The notes under the pieces are model-generated. The model was given only the letters and a program-made list of their open reading frames with translations. It searched no databases and had not been told where the DNA came from. Made by a program: the position numbers and the translations under genes. Positions 1-9,416 of a stretch of 64,000 nucleotides of DNA are shown one piece after another. Source of the stretch: Candidatus Aminicenantes bacterium (GTDB lineage: Bacteria; Acidobacteriota; Aminicenantia; Aminicenantales; JAFGBC01). Where the stretch lies: contig OY969696.1 of NCBI GenBank assembly GCA_963702005.1, positions 3,744,001-3,808,000 on the forward strand, written 5' to 3'. Each line of letters opens with the position of its first letter. Position 1 is the stretch's first letter.

Positions 1-1070
1 CAGACCGGGGCGCCGAAGCAGATGAGGAAGGCCGTGATCAGACATTCGGCAAGGTATCCGAGGATGGCGAGGACGCTGCTGGTCGATCTTGGGGCGACAT
101 CCTCATTCCAGTTGACGAAAATACGCAGGGGCGAGCCCGCGCCTTGAGAAGCGATGGGCTCGAGGCTTGCCAGGGCTTGCTGTTTGAGCGCGCTGAGGTT
201 CGCAAGCAAATCCTGGTCCTGAACCTGAGCGGGGTCGGATTCGGCCTTGCTGGAGAGCTCATCGTATAGGTTGACGTATTTTTCGGCCAGGGCGGCGGCG
301 TCCTGGGGCGAGAGGCTCCGGGCTTTCCGGTAGATGCGGCCGACGGGGAGGTTGACGGCGAGGGCGAGAAGGAGGGAGATGACGAATGTCTGGCGGAGGT
401 TGCGGCGGCCGTAGGTGTACTCGAAGTTTTTGGTGAATTGGCCGTAGCGGTCGGCCGCTTCCTGGACGTGGGGGAGGAAGCGAGCCTGGAATGAGGCGAG
501 GAGGGCGGCGGCGTCGAAGGGGGCGGACGGTTTGATCGAGCCCAGGGTCAGGGCACCGGCCTTGGGCTTTTTCCAGTCATGGTTCCATTCGGAGAGCCAC
601 TTGGCGATCTCAAGTCCGGCCGTGTATTCGGTCGTCCCTTTCTCGGCGCGGCCGAGGTCGTTCAGAAATTCTTCCCAGGAGGATGATGCGGGAGGGGGCT
701 GGGGCGATTTGGCCTGCGCTTGGAGGCTCGCCTCCTGTCTGAGGAGGTCGAGGCCGCGGCGGACCCAGGCGGGCGCCGTCTTTTCCAGGCAGGCGACGAG
801 CTGGTCTTTCTCCATGGGGAGGATACGGCCTTTAGGGCGCAGGCGTCTCAATTGAAACGGCCCGCGGGCGGTCAGCGGGAAGCTTGCGCGCAGGGTCTGG
901 GCGGCCCAGGGCCCGAGGAAATCGATCAGGGCGCGCGTGTAGGCCCTGGATTTGGAGCTCGTCAGGAGCTTATAGAATTCCTGAAGGATCTGGACCAGGA
1001 CGGCCAGGCCCAGCATGCAGGCGGCAAACCCCAGAAGGATCGAAAGCCAGTAGGAATTGAAAAGGCTCAC
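1..1070 (-). CDS. Uncharacterised membrane protein (GAPxW family), 3' end runs off the window; absent from the ORF track
   Basis: GTG at 1070 with GGAGGG RBS; open frame MSLFNSYWLSILLGFAACMLGLAVLVQILQEFYK...YGRRNLRQTFVISLLLALAVNLP...LITAFLICFGAPVW continues to base 1; same layout as the IS-split gene at 4899-7953. Confidence 0.8.
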   Translation of the reverse strand, partial: MSLFNSYWLSILLGFAACMLGLAVLVQILQEFYKLLTSSKSRAYTRALIDFLGPWAAQTLRASFPLTARGPFQLRRLRPKGRILPMEKDQLVACLEKTAPAWVRRGLDLLRQEASLQAQAKSPQPPPASSSWEEFLNDLGRAEKGTTEYTAGLEIAKWLSEWNHDWKKPKAGALTLGSIKPSAPFDAAALLASFQARFLPHVQEAADRYGQFTKNFEYTYGRRNLRQTFVISLLLALAVNLPVGRIYRKARSLSPQDAAALAEKYVNLYDELSSKAESDPAQVQDQDLLANLSALKQQALASLEPIASQGAGSPLRIFVNWNEDVAPRSTSSVLAILGYLAECLITAFLICFGAPV

Positions 1071-1392
1071 GGCACCCTCCCCTTAGAATATTTAGGCTGC
1101 TTTCATTGTATGAAATTCCCGCGAGAATTCAAGCGGGGGGACGACTAATGCAAAAAAGAGAATTAAAATACTACATATAAGGGGAAAGATATCCCTGGAG
1201 GGACGGATCTATTATAAAGGGCCTCTCGGATTCGGCGGACCTTATCTGCGGCAAGAGATTCACTAAAAAATCATTCGATACGGCTCTCAAAAAACCATAA
1301 AAACAAACTCGGATATCCTTGCCCGGGCCAAATAGGATCTTATGTCGCGAGAACGAGGCTCGAAGGGACGGATGAGCTATATTCTTACAATT

Positions 1393-1845
1393 TTAGCTGT
1401 CGCAAGTTAGTTCTATCTCGCCTATTCGTGAATCGAAGCTAACTTTTAGCTTATTGAAAAAGCCTTTGTGTCCAAGGATGCCAAAAGCGGGTTTTAGCAA
1501 TTTTTTGTTCGGGTTATCAGGGAAATACTGTTCATGAATAAAATCAATCTCGAGGGCAAGATCCTTGCGAAAAGGCTTTTCGACAAAGTTCAAACCAACT
1601 TTGATGGTATGAAGTCGACATTTAATAAGTCCCGCAAAAGTTTCCACGTTCTTTACGACTTCGTTTTCTTTTGGTAAGGGAAGATCAAGTATTTTGGCGA
1701 TCTCGGCATCAAAACTGCAGCGAGACGCCCCCGAATCTATAAGAGCTTCGATGGGAGGCGTTTTCTTTTGATTGTGTTTGAGAACAACATTAACGATTGG
1801 AAAAAGCCCATCCCCCTCTTTTTTATAGGGAAGCCGAACCCTCAT
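1393..1845 (-). CDS. Retropepsin-like (clan AA) aspartyl protease
   Basis: ALIDSGAS catalytic D-S-G motif and C-terminal GILG..FF motif; about 150 aa; AT-rich relative to flanks. Confidence 0.8.
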   Translation of the reverse strand: MRVRLPYKKEGDGLFPIVNVVLKHNQKKTPPIEALIDSGASRCSFDAEIAKILDLPLPKENEVVKNVETFAGLIKCRLHTIKVGLNFVEKPFRKDLALEIDFIHEQYFPDNPNKKLLKPAFGILGHKGFFNKLKVSFDSRIGEIELTCDS

Positions 1846-2054
1846 TAAATAATGAAGTCGGAGTTTATTTCACGGGGCACTTTTTTCAGGAGGTGAATAT
1901 CTTTCTTGTTTTTGACCTTGTTAAAAGCAATTAACGCCGTCTTCCCGAAGGCTATGACACGATGGTTTTTTATGACCACCCATTGGCCCTTGAATTTTCT
2001 CAGGCTATCTTCGCAAAGCTTTTCTCGTGCTCTAACGGCCATTTTTCTCCCCAT
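1845..2054 (-). CDS. Small DUF5678-like protein, translationally coupled to the aspartyl protease
   Basis: KFKGQWVVIKNHRVIAFGKT pattern; TAATG stop/start overlap with the protease gene. Confidence 0.7.
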   Translation of the reverse strand: MGRKMAVRAREKLCEDSLRKFKGQWVVIKNHRVIAFGKTALIAFNKVKNKKDIHLLKKVPREINSDFII

Positions 2055-2172
2055 TGGATTGATTAAATTTTATCAAGAATGTCTCCGATATACAAGACGA
2101 CCGGGCGGACGAATAGTGTCTCATCGGACTGACAACTCCCGGGATTCGATCTAATGTATCAAAGGAAGAACG

Positions 2173-2352
2173 ATGGCTGAGAAGAAAGGATTCGAAAAGC
2201 TCTCTCTCGATTATTTACGGGAGACGTTCGGAGACGAGTCCGTCCGGAGAGTTTTCGGCAGAAAAAAGGTAAAGCCAAATATCGCGGCTAAGGTAACAAA
2301 AGCCAAGTCTAAAAAGAAGCCACTCTTAACGGTTGAAAATCCGCAGGTTTAG
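2173..2352 (+). CDS. Small Lys-rich hypothetical protein (59 aa; below ORF-track cutoff)
   Basis: AAGGAAG RBS then ATG 2173; MAEKKGFEKLSLDYLRETFGDESVRRVFGRKKVKPNIAAKVTKAKSKKKPLLTVENPQV*. Confidence 0.45.
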   Translation: MAEKKGFEKLSLDYLRETFGDESVRRVFGRKKVKPNIAAKVTKAKSKKKPLLTVENPQV

Positions 2353-2394
2353 GGGACATATCATTTTTCCCCGGTCGAATTAATGTAATTATGT
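2352..2394. repeat. Degenerate family C element, right arm replaced by family A element
   Basis: ggggacatatcatttttccccggtcgaattaatgtaattatgtg aligns with ggggacacatcacttatctcgctcgaaattgtaattaagtcg at 18617. Confidence 0.55.
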
Positions 2395-2405
2395 GGGGAA
2401 TTATG

Positions 2406-2650
2406 TGGGGTCGGACCAAACTAACTAATTCATAATAAATATATAAAGGCTTTTATTGAGTAATTTTTCGTCCTTAAAGTCGAATTTTTATGCCTACAAA
2501 TGCGGCTCTAAGATGATCTCATGATAGCATTTGAAGACATCAGCTTAGATCTATTTATTTAAGCCAAAAACCGGAGTATTAAACTTTTATTTTATATCAA
2601 AACCCATATCAATTCATTGTTTATCAATTGGTTACCTCGGTCCGACCCCA
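2406..2650. mobile_element. Family A MITE-like element, copy 1 (245 bp, AT-rich, non-coding)
   Basis: Terminal inverted repeats TGGGGTCGGACC...GGTCCGACCCCA (imperfect to about 30 bp); collinear with copies at 4588 and 9417. Confidence 0.85.
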
Positions 2651-2664
2651 TTATTAAAAAGTTG

Positions 2665-4548
2665 CTACTGGGACATAAGCATCAGCGTCAGGTGCGAAGG
2701 GTAGCGCTTCGAGCGGAAGACGCGGTGGGTCGCCGGCTTATAATCCGAGGCCTTGGCCAGGAAGATATTCTCGACGAACGTCTGCGGGTTGCGGTCGATG
2801 AGGGGGAACCAGGTGCTCTGAACCTGGGCCATGATCCGGTGGCCCTTGAGGAAGCGATGATCGGTCTGGTGGAGGTCGATCGCGTATTCCTCGACCTTAT
2901 CGGCCGGGATCGCTTCGGGCTTCTCGAAGCTCTTACGGAAGCGCCCGCGCAAAACGTCGCCGACAATCATGAGCTGATAGCCGCCCATCTTGGGCTCCGG
3001 CTTGTAATCTTCCGGATAGACGTCGATCAGCTTGACCACCCAATCGGCGTCCGTTCCCGTCGTCGAGGCGAAAAGACGGGCCGCCATGTTGCCCGTCAGG
3101 ACGACATCCTCCTCGAGCGGTTTGGTCGCCCAGCTCAGGACGTCGGGCCGCTGGTGAACGAACCGCTGGTCCTCGACCTGCCAGGTCGACCAGCCCGAGC
3201 CCCTGGGATCGTAGGTCGGCTCGATCGGCCGCATCCGATAAGGAACGGGATGCGAAGGATCGGACACGTAGCTGTCGAAGGCCTGATCATCCTCGGCCGG
3301 CGGCGGATCGAAGGACAGCATCCCGTCGGCGCGGAAATAGAGATTGCGATCTCGGGCCTGTGGTCGCGGCGGCCATTCGTCGTAGGACATCCATTTGTCG
3401 GCGCCGGTCTGGAAGGTCGTCGCCTCGTGCAGGATCAAGGACCCCTTATCCTTTAGGAAATAGGCGAAGAAGGGCGTCTGGATTTTTTCCCGGAAATAGC
3501 GGGCCGTGTCGCCTCCGAAAGCGATCCGGCCCAGCCGGCTCGCCTCGCCACCCCATCCCCCATGGTCCCAAGGGCCGGCCACGAAATAGTTCAGTTTTCC
3601 GGCGTCCCGCTTCTCCAGCTCTTCATAGATCTTGAGCGGTCCGTAGAAATCCTCCTGGTCCCACCAGCCGGCGACGTTGAGCGTCGGCACGTTGACACTG
3701 GTCAAGTGGGACGCCACGGCCTGGGCTTTCCAGAACGCGTCGAAATTCGGGTGGGCGACGAAGTCGTTCCAGGTCGGGAGCGCGCCTTTGAAAAATTTTT
3801 CGTTGACGTTCGCCAGAGGTCCGAGCTTGAGGTACCAATCGTAGGTGTCGTAGGTGTCGAAGACCGGCTTGAAGTTGACTTTCGATGTCTCCATCAGCGA
3901 GACGTACTCGAACCCATAGCTCAGACGGAAGGCGCCGTTGTGGAAGAAGTCGTCGCCCAGGTACATGCTGGCCGGCGAAGCCTGCGGACTGCAGGCCTTG
4001 AGGGCCGGATGGGGATCGAGCATGGCCATGACCGTCAGCCAGCCGGGATAGGAAACGCCCATGACGCCGACACGGCCATTATGGCCCGCGACCTTCTCGA
4101 GGAGCCATTCGATCGTGTCGAAAGCGTCCGTGCTCTCGTCTATGGCTTTTGGGTCGTTCTTATCCCGGGGCGGCCTCATCATGACGAAGCGGCCCTCGGA
4201 TTTGTAGCGGCCCCGGATATCCTGAAAGACAAAAATATAGCCGTCGGCGGAGAGCTCGCGCAAGCTGACCTGGTTCGGGTTGCCGCCCGCCCCGTAAGGG
4301 GTTCGAATCATCAGGAACGGCAAAGGCCCGGACGCCGCCTCGGGCTTGAAAATCACGGTGTTCAGACGGATGCCGTCGCGCATCGGGACCATCGCCTCGG
4401 TCTTCGTGTAGGCCCGGGGCGCAGCCGTGTCGGAGGGGGCTTGGACACCGCAGGCGAATCCCAGCCAAGCGATGGCGCTGAAGAGGATGGGAAGAGCGGC
4501 CGGGTGGGATGAAATGAATTGGAAGACGGATGAATGATAGCGTTTCAT
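2665..4548 (-). CDS. CocE/NonD family hydrolase (X-Pro dipeptidyl-peptidase S15 / alpha-amino acid ester hydrolase-like), probably exported
   Basis: MRDGIRL, RTPYG, QDIRGRYKSEG, GVSYPG nucleophile motif, PepX_C-type C-terminus; ATG 4548 preferred over TTG 4566. Confidence 0.92.
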   Translation of the reverse strand: MKRYHSSVFQFISSHPAALPILFSAIAWLGFACGVQAPSDTAAPRAYTKTEAMVPMRDGIRLNTVIFKPEAASGPLPFLMIRTPYGAGGNPNQVSLRELSADGYIFVFQDIRGRYKSEGRFVMMRPPRDKNDPKAIDESTDAFDTIEWLLEKVAGHNGRVGVMGVSYPGWLTVMAMLDPHPALKACSPQASPASMYLGDDFFHNGAFRLSYGFEYVSLMETSKVNFKPVFDTYDTYDWYLKLGPLANVNEKFFKGALPTWNDFVAHPNFDAFWKAQAVASHLTSVNVPTLNVAGWWDQEDFYGPLKIYEELEKRDAGKLNYFVAGPWDHGGWGGEASRLGRIAFGGDTARYFREKIQTPFFAYFLKDKGSLILHEATTFQTGADKWMSYDEWPPRPQARDRNLYFRADGMLSFDPPPAEDDQAFDSYVSDPSHPVPYRMRPIEPTYDPRGSGWSTWQVEDQRFVHQRPDVLSWATKPLEEDVVLTGNMAARLFASTTGTDADWVVKLIDVYPEDYKPEPKMGGYQLMIVGDVLRGRFRKSFEKPEAIPADKVEEYAIDLHQTDHRFLKGHRIMAQVQSTWFPLIDRNPQTFVENIFLAKASDYKPATHRVFRSKRYPSHLTLMLMSQ

Positions 4549-4587
4549 AAAGCGATTATACCTCAAATTATATGGATATATGATATA

Positions 4588-4833
4588 TGGGGTCGGACCA
4601 AGCTATCTAATTCATAATAAATATATAAACGCCTTCATTAGGTCATTTTTCAATCTTAATGCCTTATTTTTATACGTATAAGAGCGGTTTTAAGATAATC
4701 TCAAGATAGCATTTTAAGATATCCGCTTAGATCTGCTTTTTTAAAGCCAAAAACCGCAGTTTTTAGCTATTATTTATTATCAAAACCCATATCAAATCAT
4801 TATTTATCCATTGGTTAACTCGGTCCGACCCCA
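4588..4833. mobile_element. Family A MITE-like element, copy 2 (246 bp)
   Basis: Same TIRs and collinear interior as copy 1, same orientation. Confidence 0.85.
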
Positions 4834-4840
4834 CTAATAC

Positions 4841-4906
4841 ATATTTTTATGCTTATAAATGCGGCTTTAAGATAATCTCAAGATAGCATTTAAAGAAATC
4901 AGCTTA
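4841..4906. repeat. Internal fragment of a family A element
   Basis: tttttatgcttataaatgcggctttaagataatctcaagatagcatttaaagaaatcagctta matches the middle of copies 1-3 and overlaps the stop codon at 4899. Confidence 0.8.
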
Positions 4907-5447
4907 TGTCGTTTTTTGGGGGCCGCGCTCCGGCCTGGGCCAGGCGTATTTTAAGGACTTTCTCAAGGAATTCGAACCAGAAAGGCGCGCCCAGCGAGAT
5001 TGCGCCGACGGTAAACAGCAATCCCAGGATTTTTGCAAGCCAATTCAAAAAGCCCTGGGGCGTTTCGGGCCAGCCGAAAGGAACAGGGAGAGAGAGGAGT
5101 TCTTTCTGCAGGTCTTTTATCTGTTCGACAGAGGCACTGACGGTGGCGGTTTGACCGTCGTCGGCCGGGGATTCCTTGACGAGAGCATCCGCTTTGGCGA
5201 CGATCGCGGCGCGAACGGGCGCGTTGTATAGGAGGTTTTTAGCTATCGCGAATGTGTCCACGTTGAAGGCGCCGACCAATCCCAGTGCCAGACAGAGAAT
5301 GATGAGTTGGACCTTCCGCTTGTTGTTAACGGGCGTGGAATAATCCCCCCTTATGGGCGTTGAAAATTCCCCCCCTCTGAAAGGGGTTCACACATGAGTT
5401 CCAACAGGGTATGCTTCCTCCCGGCAATCCAGCCGAGAGGAGAAGAC

Positions 5448-6659
5448 ATGGTGCAAGGGGATCTGTGGCACGAGATCCACAGCCGCTGGAAGCTTAAGGA
5501 GACGAAGAAGGCGATCGCCCGGGCTCTCCAGCTCGATGTCAAGACCGTCCGGAGGATCCTCCGCCAGAAGCAGCCTCAAGCCTATGTCCGGGAGAGGCAG
5601 GAGAGCAAGGTCCTGAAGCCGTTCGTGGACTATATCCTCCAGAGGCTGGCGGCCGTGGGCTACTGCGCTCAAGCGATCTACGAGGAGATCAGGGTCAGGG
5701 GCTACACGGGAAGCTATGATGTCGTCAAGCGGTTCATCAGCCCGCTGCGGAAAGAAGTGGACATCGAGGCCACGGTCCGGTTCGAGACGCCGCTTGGGCG
5801 CCAGGGCCAGGCCGACTGGGGCCAGTGTTGGACATCCATCGGGGGGAAGAAAACGAAGGTCCATCTGTTCGTCCTGACGCTGGGCTACAGCCGGAGGCTC
5901 TACGCCGAGGCCACGCTGGACGAGAAGCTCCCGTCCTTCCTTCGATGCCACGAGGCCGCTTTCGCCCACCTGGGCGGCATCCCTCATGAGATCGTCTACG
6001 ACAACCTGAAGTCGGTGGTGCTCGGACGGGACTTCGAGGGATCGCGGTTCGAGTGGAACCCGATCTTCTGGGACTTCAGCCGGCATTACGGCTTCCAGCC
6101 GCGGCCGCATCGGCCCTACAGACCCCAGACCAAGGGCAAGGTCGAGTCGGGCGTCAAGTACATGAAGCGCTTCCTCCGGGGCAAAGAGTTCGCAAGCCTC
6201 GATGATCTCAACTCCCAGCTTCTCGAGTGGATCATCAACGTCGCCGACCAGCGGATCCACGGCACGACCCACCGGAAGCCGGCCGAGATGTTCCTCGAGG
6301 AAAAGGACCTCCTTCTCTCTTGCCAGGGCCGACGGGCCTATGTGCTTGAGGAGCGGGCTGTGCGGCACGTTTCCAAGGACTGCCTGGTCGCCTTCCAGAC
6401 CAATCGCTACTCGGTGCCGTACCGGCTGGCCGGCAAACAGGTCGAGGTTCTAACCGACGGGGAGACGATCAAGATCTATCACTCGGGCGAGCTCATCTCC
6501 TGTCATCCGCGGATCGAGGGGGCTTACCAGTCAAGCATAGACAAGTCGCATTACTGGGGCTTGTTCAAGCCGGCCAAGCCCACTGCAGCGCCTCCCGACG
6601 AGGTCCAAGTCCGGGACCTGGCCGTCTATGAGCGACTCCTGGAAGGAGGTCGGTTATGA
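5448..6659 (+). CDS. istA: IS21 transposase IstA
   Basis: N-terminal HTH, RFETPLGRQGQADWG, YDNLK, PQTKGKVE DDE motifs; RBS GAGGAG before ATG 5448. Confidence 0.96.
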   Translation: MVQGDLWHEIHSRWKLKETKKAIARALQLDVKTVRRILRQKQPQAYVRERQESKVLKPFVDYILQRLAAVGYCAQAIYEEIRVRGYTGSYDVVKRFISPLRKEVDIEATVRFETPLGRQGQADWGQCWTSIGGKKTKVHLFVLTLGYSRRLYAEATLDEKLPSFLRCHEAAFAHLGGIPHEIVYDNLKSVVLGRDFEGSRFEWNPIFWDFSRHYGFQPRPHRPYRPQTKGKVESGVKYMKRFLRGKEFASLDDLNSQLLEWIINVADQRIHGTTHRKPAEMFLEEKDLLLSCQGRRAYVLEERAVRHVSKDCLVAFQTNRYSVPYRLAGKQVEVLTDGETIKIYHSGELISCHPRIEGAYQSSIDKSHYWGLFKPAKPTAAPPDEVQVRDLAVYERLLEGGRL

Positions 6660-7429
6660 GCCTCTCCCACATCCACGACAACCTCCGGCATCTCAGGCTC
6701 TACAGGATCCAGGAGCGCCTCGAGACGGCGCTCGAGGAGGCCGCCAAGAACAGCGTTTCCTACACCGACTTCCTGGATGAGATCCTCTCCCAGGAGGTCG
6801 CCTCCAAACAGGAGAAGTACATCGCCGTCCGGACCTCGCTGGCTAAGTTCCCCTACGTCAAGACGCTCGAGAGCTTCGACTTCGCCTTCCAGCCCTCGAT
6901 CGACAAGAAGCGGATCAAGGAGCTGGCCGAGTGCCGGTTCATCCCGAACGGCGAGAACGTGATCCTCCTCGGCCCGCCTGGCGTGGGGAAGACTCACCTG
7001 GCCGTGGCCCTTGGCGTCAAGGCTGTCACGGAAGGCTACCGGACCTACTTCACCCAGGCTATGCCCTTGATCGCGTCCCTGACCAAGGCCTATGCCGAGA
7101 ATCGGATCGAGGAGCGGCTGAAGTTCTACTGCCAGCCCAAGCTCCTGATCGTCGACGAGATCGGCTACATCCCGATCGACCGGCACGGCGCGCATCTCTT
7201 CTTCCAGCTCATCTCCCGTCGCTATGAGAAGGGCGCCCTGATCCTGACCTCCAACCGGAGCTTCAGTCAGTGGAATGAGATCTTCGGGGACCCGGTCATC
7301 GCCACGGCCATCCTGGACCGGATCCTCCATCACTCGACTACGATCAACATCAAGGGAAACTCGTATCGTCTCAAGGAAAAGGTCAAAGCGGGTCTCATCC
7401 GAGAGCCAGAGACCGAGGAAAATCAATGA
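6656..7429 (+). CDS. istB: IS21 AAA+ helper ATPase IstB
   Basis: Walker A GPPGVGKT, LLIVDEIGY, TSN, AILDRILHH; ATGA overlap with istA. Confidence 0.97.
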   Translation: MSLSHIHDNLRHLRLYRIQERLETALEEAAKNSVSYTDFLDEILSQEVASKQEKYIAVRTSLAKFPYVKTLESFDFAFQPSIDKKRIKELAECRFIPNGENVILLGPPGVGKTHLAVALGVKAVTEGYRTYFTQAMPLIASLTKAYAENRIEERLKFYCQPKLLIVDEIGYIPIDRHGAHLFFQLISRRYEKGALILTSNRSFSQWNEIFGDPVIATAILDRILHHSTTINIKGNSYRLKEKVKAGLIREPETEENQ

Positions 7430-8143
7430 GAGGGGGGGTCATTTTTCGACGCCCACAAAGGGTCAATTTTCCACGCCCATTGACACTTGTACCAGCCAGA
7501 GACTCGGTCCATCATATCGTTAAACCACGTCTCGACGCCCTTCTGAAGCTTGCCGAGCTCGGATCCGGCCTCATCCACGAGAACGCGAAGGGACTTTTTG
7601 AGGTCCTCGTTCGACATTTTATCCACCATGCCGCGCAAGGCGGCGCCATCGGTCGCCGCGCGGCCCAAGCCCAGAATGTCGTTCAGGACGAGCCCGAAGG
7701 TGCGGGGCGGGATATAGGACGGCTTTCGATTCCCCTTTTTCAGGACCTTGATCAGGCTGTGCTCGTAAAACGCCTTGGCCGCGCCTTCGCCCCGCGGGTC
7801 ATTCAGCAGAGCGCGAATGGCTTTTTCGAGGTCCTTGGCGCGGGTGGACAGGACCGCGGAGATCCCCTCGTTTACGGTCGAGCAAATCAGGCTCAGGAGC
7901 CAATAAATAAAGATGAGCCCCACTGCGACTTCAAGAATTTCCGATCCGAACATTGATAAACCTCCTCATATGCAGGATTTATTCGGGGTTATAGGCTTCC
8001 CCCAGGTTGATTGATTAGCCGGATTCCCCTCCCGTTCACATGTTTAGTCGCTAATAATTCCCGAAAATTGATAATATCGGCCTTATTCTCCGACTAAATA
8101 ATCGGGAATATTATTTAGATTAATACGATGGAGGGGTTTAACA

Positions 8144-9127
8144 ATGAACCAGATCTTTCATTATGAAATCGTCCGGGTCTTGGGGGAAAAGGCCGGCTTC
8201 CCGGCCGGGGAAGCTCAGATCATCGCCTACGCGTCGCAATTTGTCGATGACGCCACGCACGAGAACAGCTTCTACTTGAACGGGTTCGGGGATCAACCCG
8301 CCTACAGGGCTTTATTTAATCCGGCGAACCGCCTCTTCAATCCGGTTCAGACCGGACACGAAGCCATCCAAAACCTGGAGGCCTTTGATCCCCAGGAGCA
8401 GAGAAACGTTTTAGCCGCGTTTCATTTCGTTCCGTTCGAGAAGATCGCGGCCGATCAAAAAAAGAACTATCTGACCAAGGAGAACGGCGCACTGGCGCGG
8501 TCGCTGGCGACCCAAGCGGCGGATGAAGTCAAGAGCAGCACGGCAAGTTCTCGGACGCAAAAACTAATAAAGCTCGGCATCGCGCTCCATTCGTTCGCGG
8601 ACACCTGGGCGCACGACGATTTCGCCGGCATCGATTACGGCTACAATAAAAAGCGCGACTGCCAGGTCTTGATCCTGGGCCGATGGAAGGACGACACGCG
8701 GGCGGGAACTTTCTCGATCGGTCACGCCTTCAGCCGATCGCCCGACTTGTCGAGCGTGAAATGGCGCTACAAGAACGCGGGAGACGATCAACCTAAAACC
8801 AAGGACAATCCCGCCCGGTTCTTGGAAGCCGCGGAGAATATTTTCGGCGTGCTGACCCAGACGTCTCAAAGCGGGGTTCCCTTCTCGGATATCAAGGAGG
8901 ATGTCCATACGGCCCTGTTCTTCGGCGCCCCGCGGGAAGTTTTCACGAATATAAATTTCCAATATTCCAAGTCGGAATGGCGGGACAGCGCCATCCGCTT
9001 GAACCTCCCCGAAACACGAAACTCGCCCAGCCACTGGGTCTATGACTTCCAGGGCGACCTGAAATGGTTCTGGTATCAACTGGAAGCCTACAATCAAAGG
9101 AAATTCATAAGAAACAATATTCCCTGA
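8144..9127 (+). CDS. DUF6765-like protein (possible Zn-dependent phospholipase C/P1-nuclease-like fold)
   Basis: N-terminal FHY...AQIIAYASQFVDD, FHF, LHSFADTWAH, IGH motifs; GGAGGG RBS. Confidence 0.65.
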   Translation: MNQIFHYEIVRVLGEKAGFPAGEAQIIAYASQFVDDATHENSFYLNGFGDQPAYRALFNPANRLFNPVQTGHEAIQNLEAFDPQEQRNVLAAFHFVPFEKIAADQKKNYLTKENGALARSLATQAADEVKSSTASSRTQKLIKLGIALHSFADTWAHDDFAGIDYGYNKKRDCQVLILGRWKDDTRAGTFSIGHAFSRSPDLSSVKWRYKNAGDDQPKTKDNPARFLEAAENIFGVLTQTSQSGVPFSDIKEDVHTALFFGAPREVFTNINFQYSKSEWRDSAIRLNLPETRNSPSHWVYDFQGDLKWFWYQLEAYNQRKFIRNNIP

Positions 9128-9156
9128 CGGGATTGTTGAGGTTTCTAGCGGATCCC

Positions 9157-9411
9157 CTAGATGATCTTGGCTCCCCAGACGTTCCTGATGTCTTTCCAAG
9201 CGTAGACCTGGGGCCGGACGAAGGCGCGGCCGACTCGTTCCGGAGTTTCTCCCCTGACCTCGATCTCGTCCAATCGGGCCGGCGTCAGGCCGGCTTTGTT
9301 GGCCCATTGGAACGTGGGGACTTCCTCGGGGACGAACCCCATGCACTCGGCGGCGATCATATCGGTGGCCAGGGGATTCGCGCCGGCGATGATCAAATCC
9401 ATCTTGGGGTT
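9157..9411 (-). pseudogene. C-terminal fragment of a DUF362-family protein, truncated at element A copy 3
   Basis: MDLIIAGANPLATDMIAAECMGF.P..VP...A...GL....LDEIEVRG is the typical DUF362 C-terminus; frame is closed just before 9417. Confidence 0.75.
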
Positions 9412-9416
9412 TTATA

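Larger units (their letters stand above)
5324..7485 (+). mobile_element. IS21 family insertion sequence (2162 bp)
   Basis: Ends TGTTAACGGGCGTGGAA / TTCCACGCCCATTGACA, repeated subterminal motifs, 5-bp TSD CTTGT at 5319-5323 and 7486-7490, istA-istB. Confidence 0.97.
4899..7953 (-). pseudogene. Membrane protein (LGAPFW family, about 295 aa) interrupted by IS21
   Basis: Removing 5324-7485 plus one TSD copy joins ...DRVSGWYK to RKVQLIILCLALGLVGAFNVDT... in frame; GAGGAGG RBS before ATG 7953. Confidence 0.9.

Noticed and set aside
1148-1392. Possible ncRNA or gene remnant in the intergenic gap
   Set aside because: No convincing structure, repeat match or coding motif found.
7423-7953. Stand-alone 176-aa and 126-aa (4899-5279) genes
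   Set aside because: They are two halves of one IS21-interrupted gene; the last 20 aa of the first come from the IS end.
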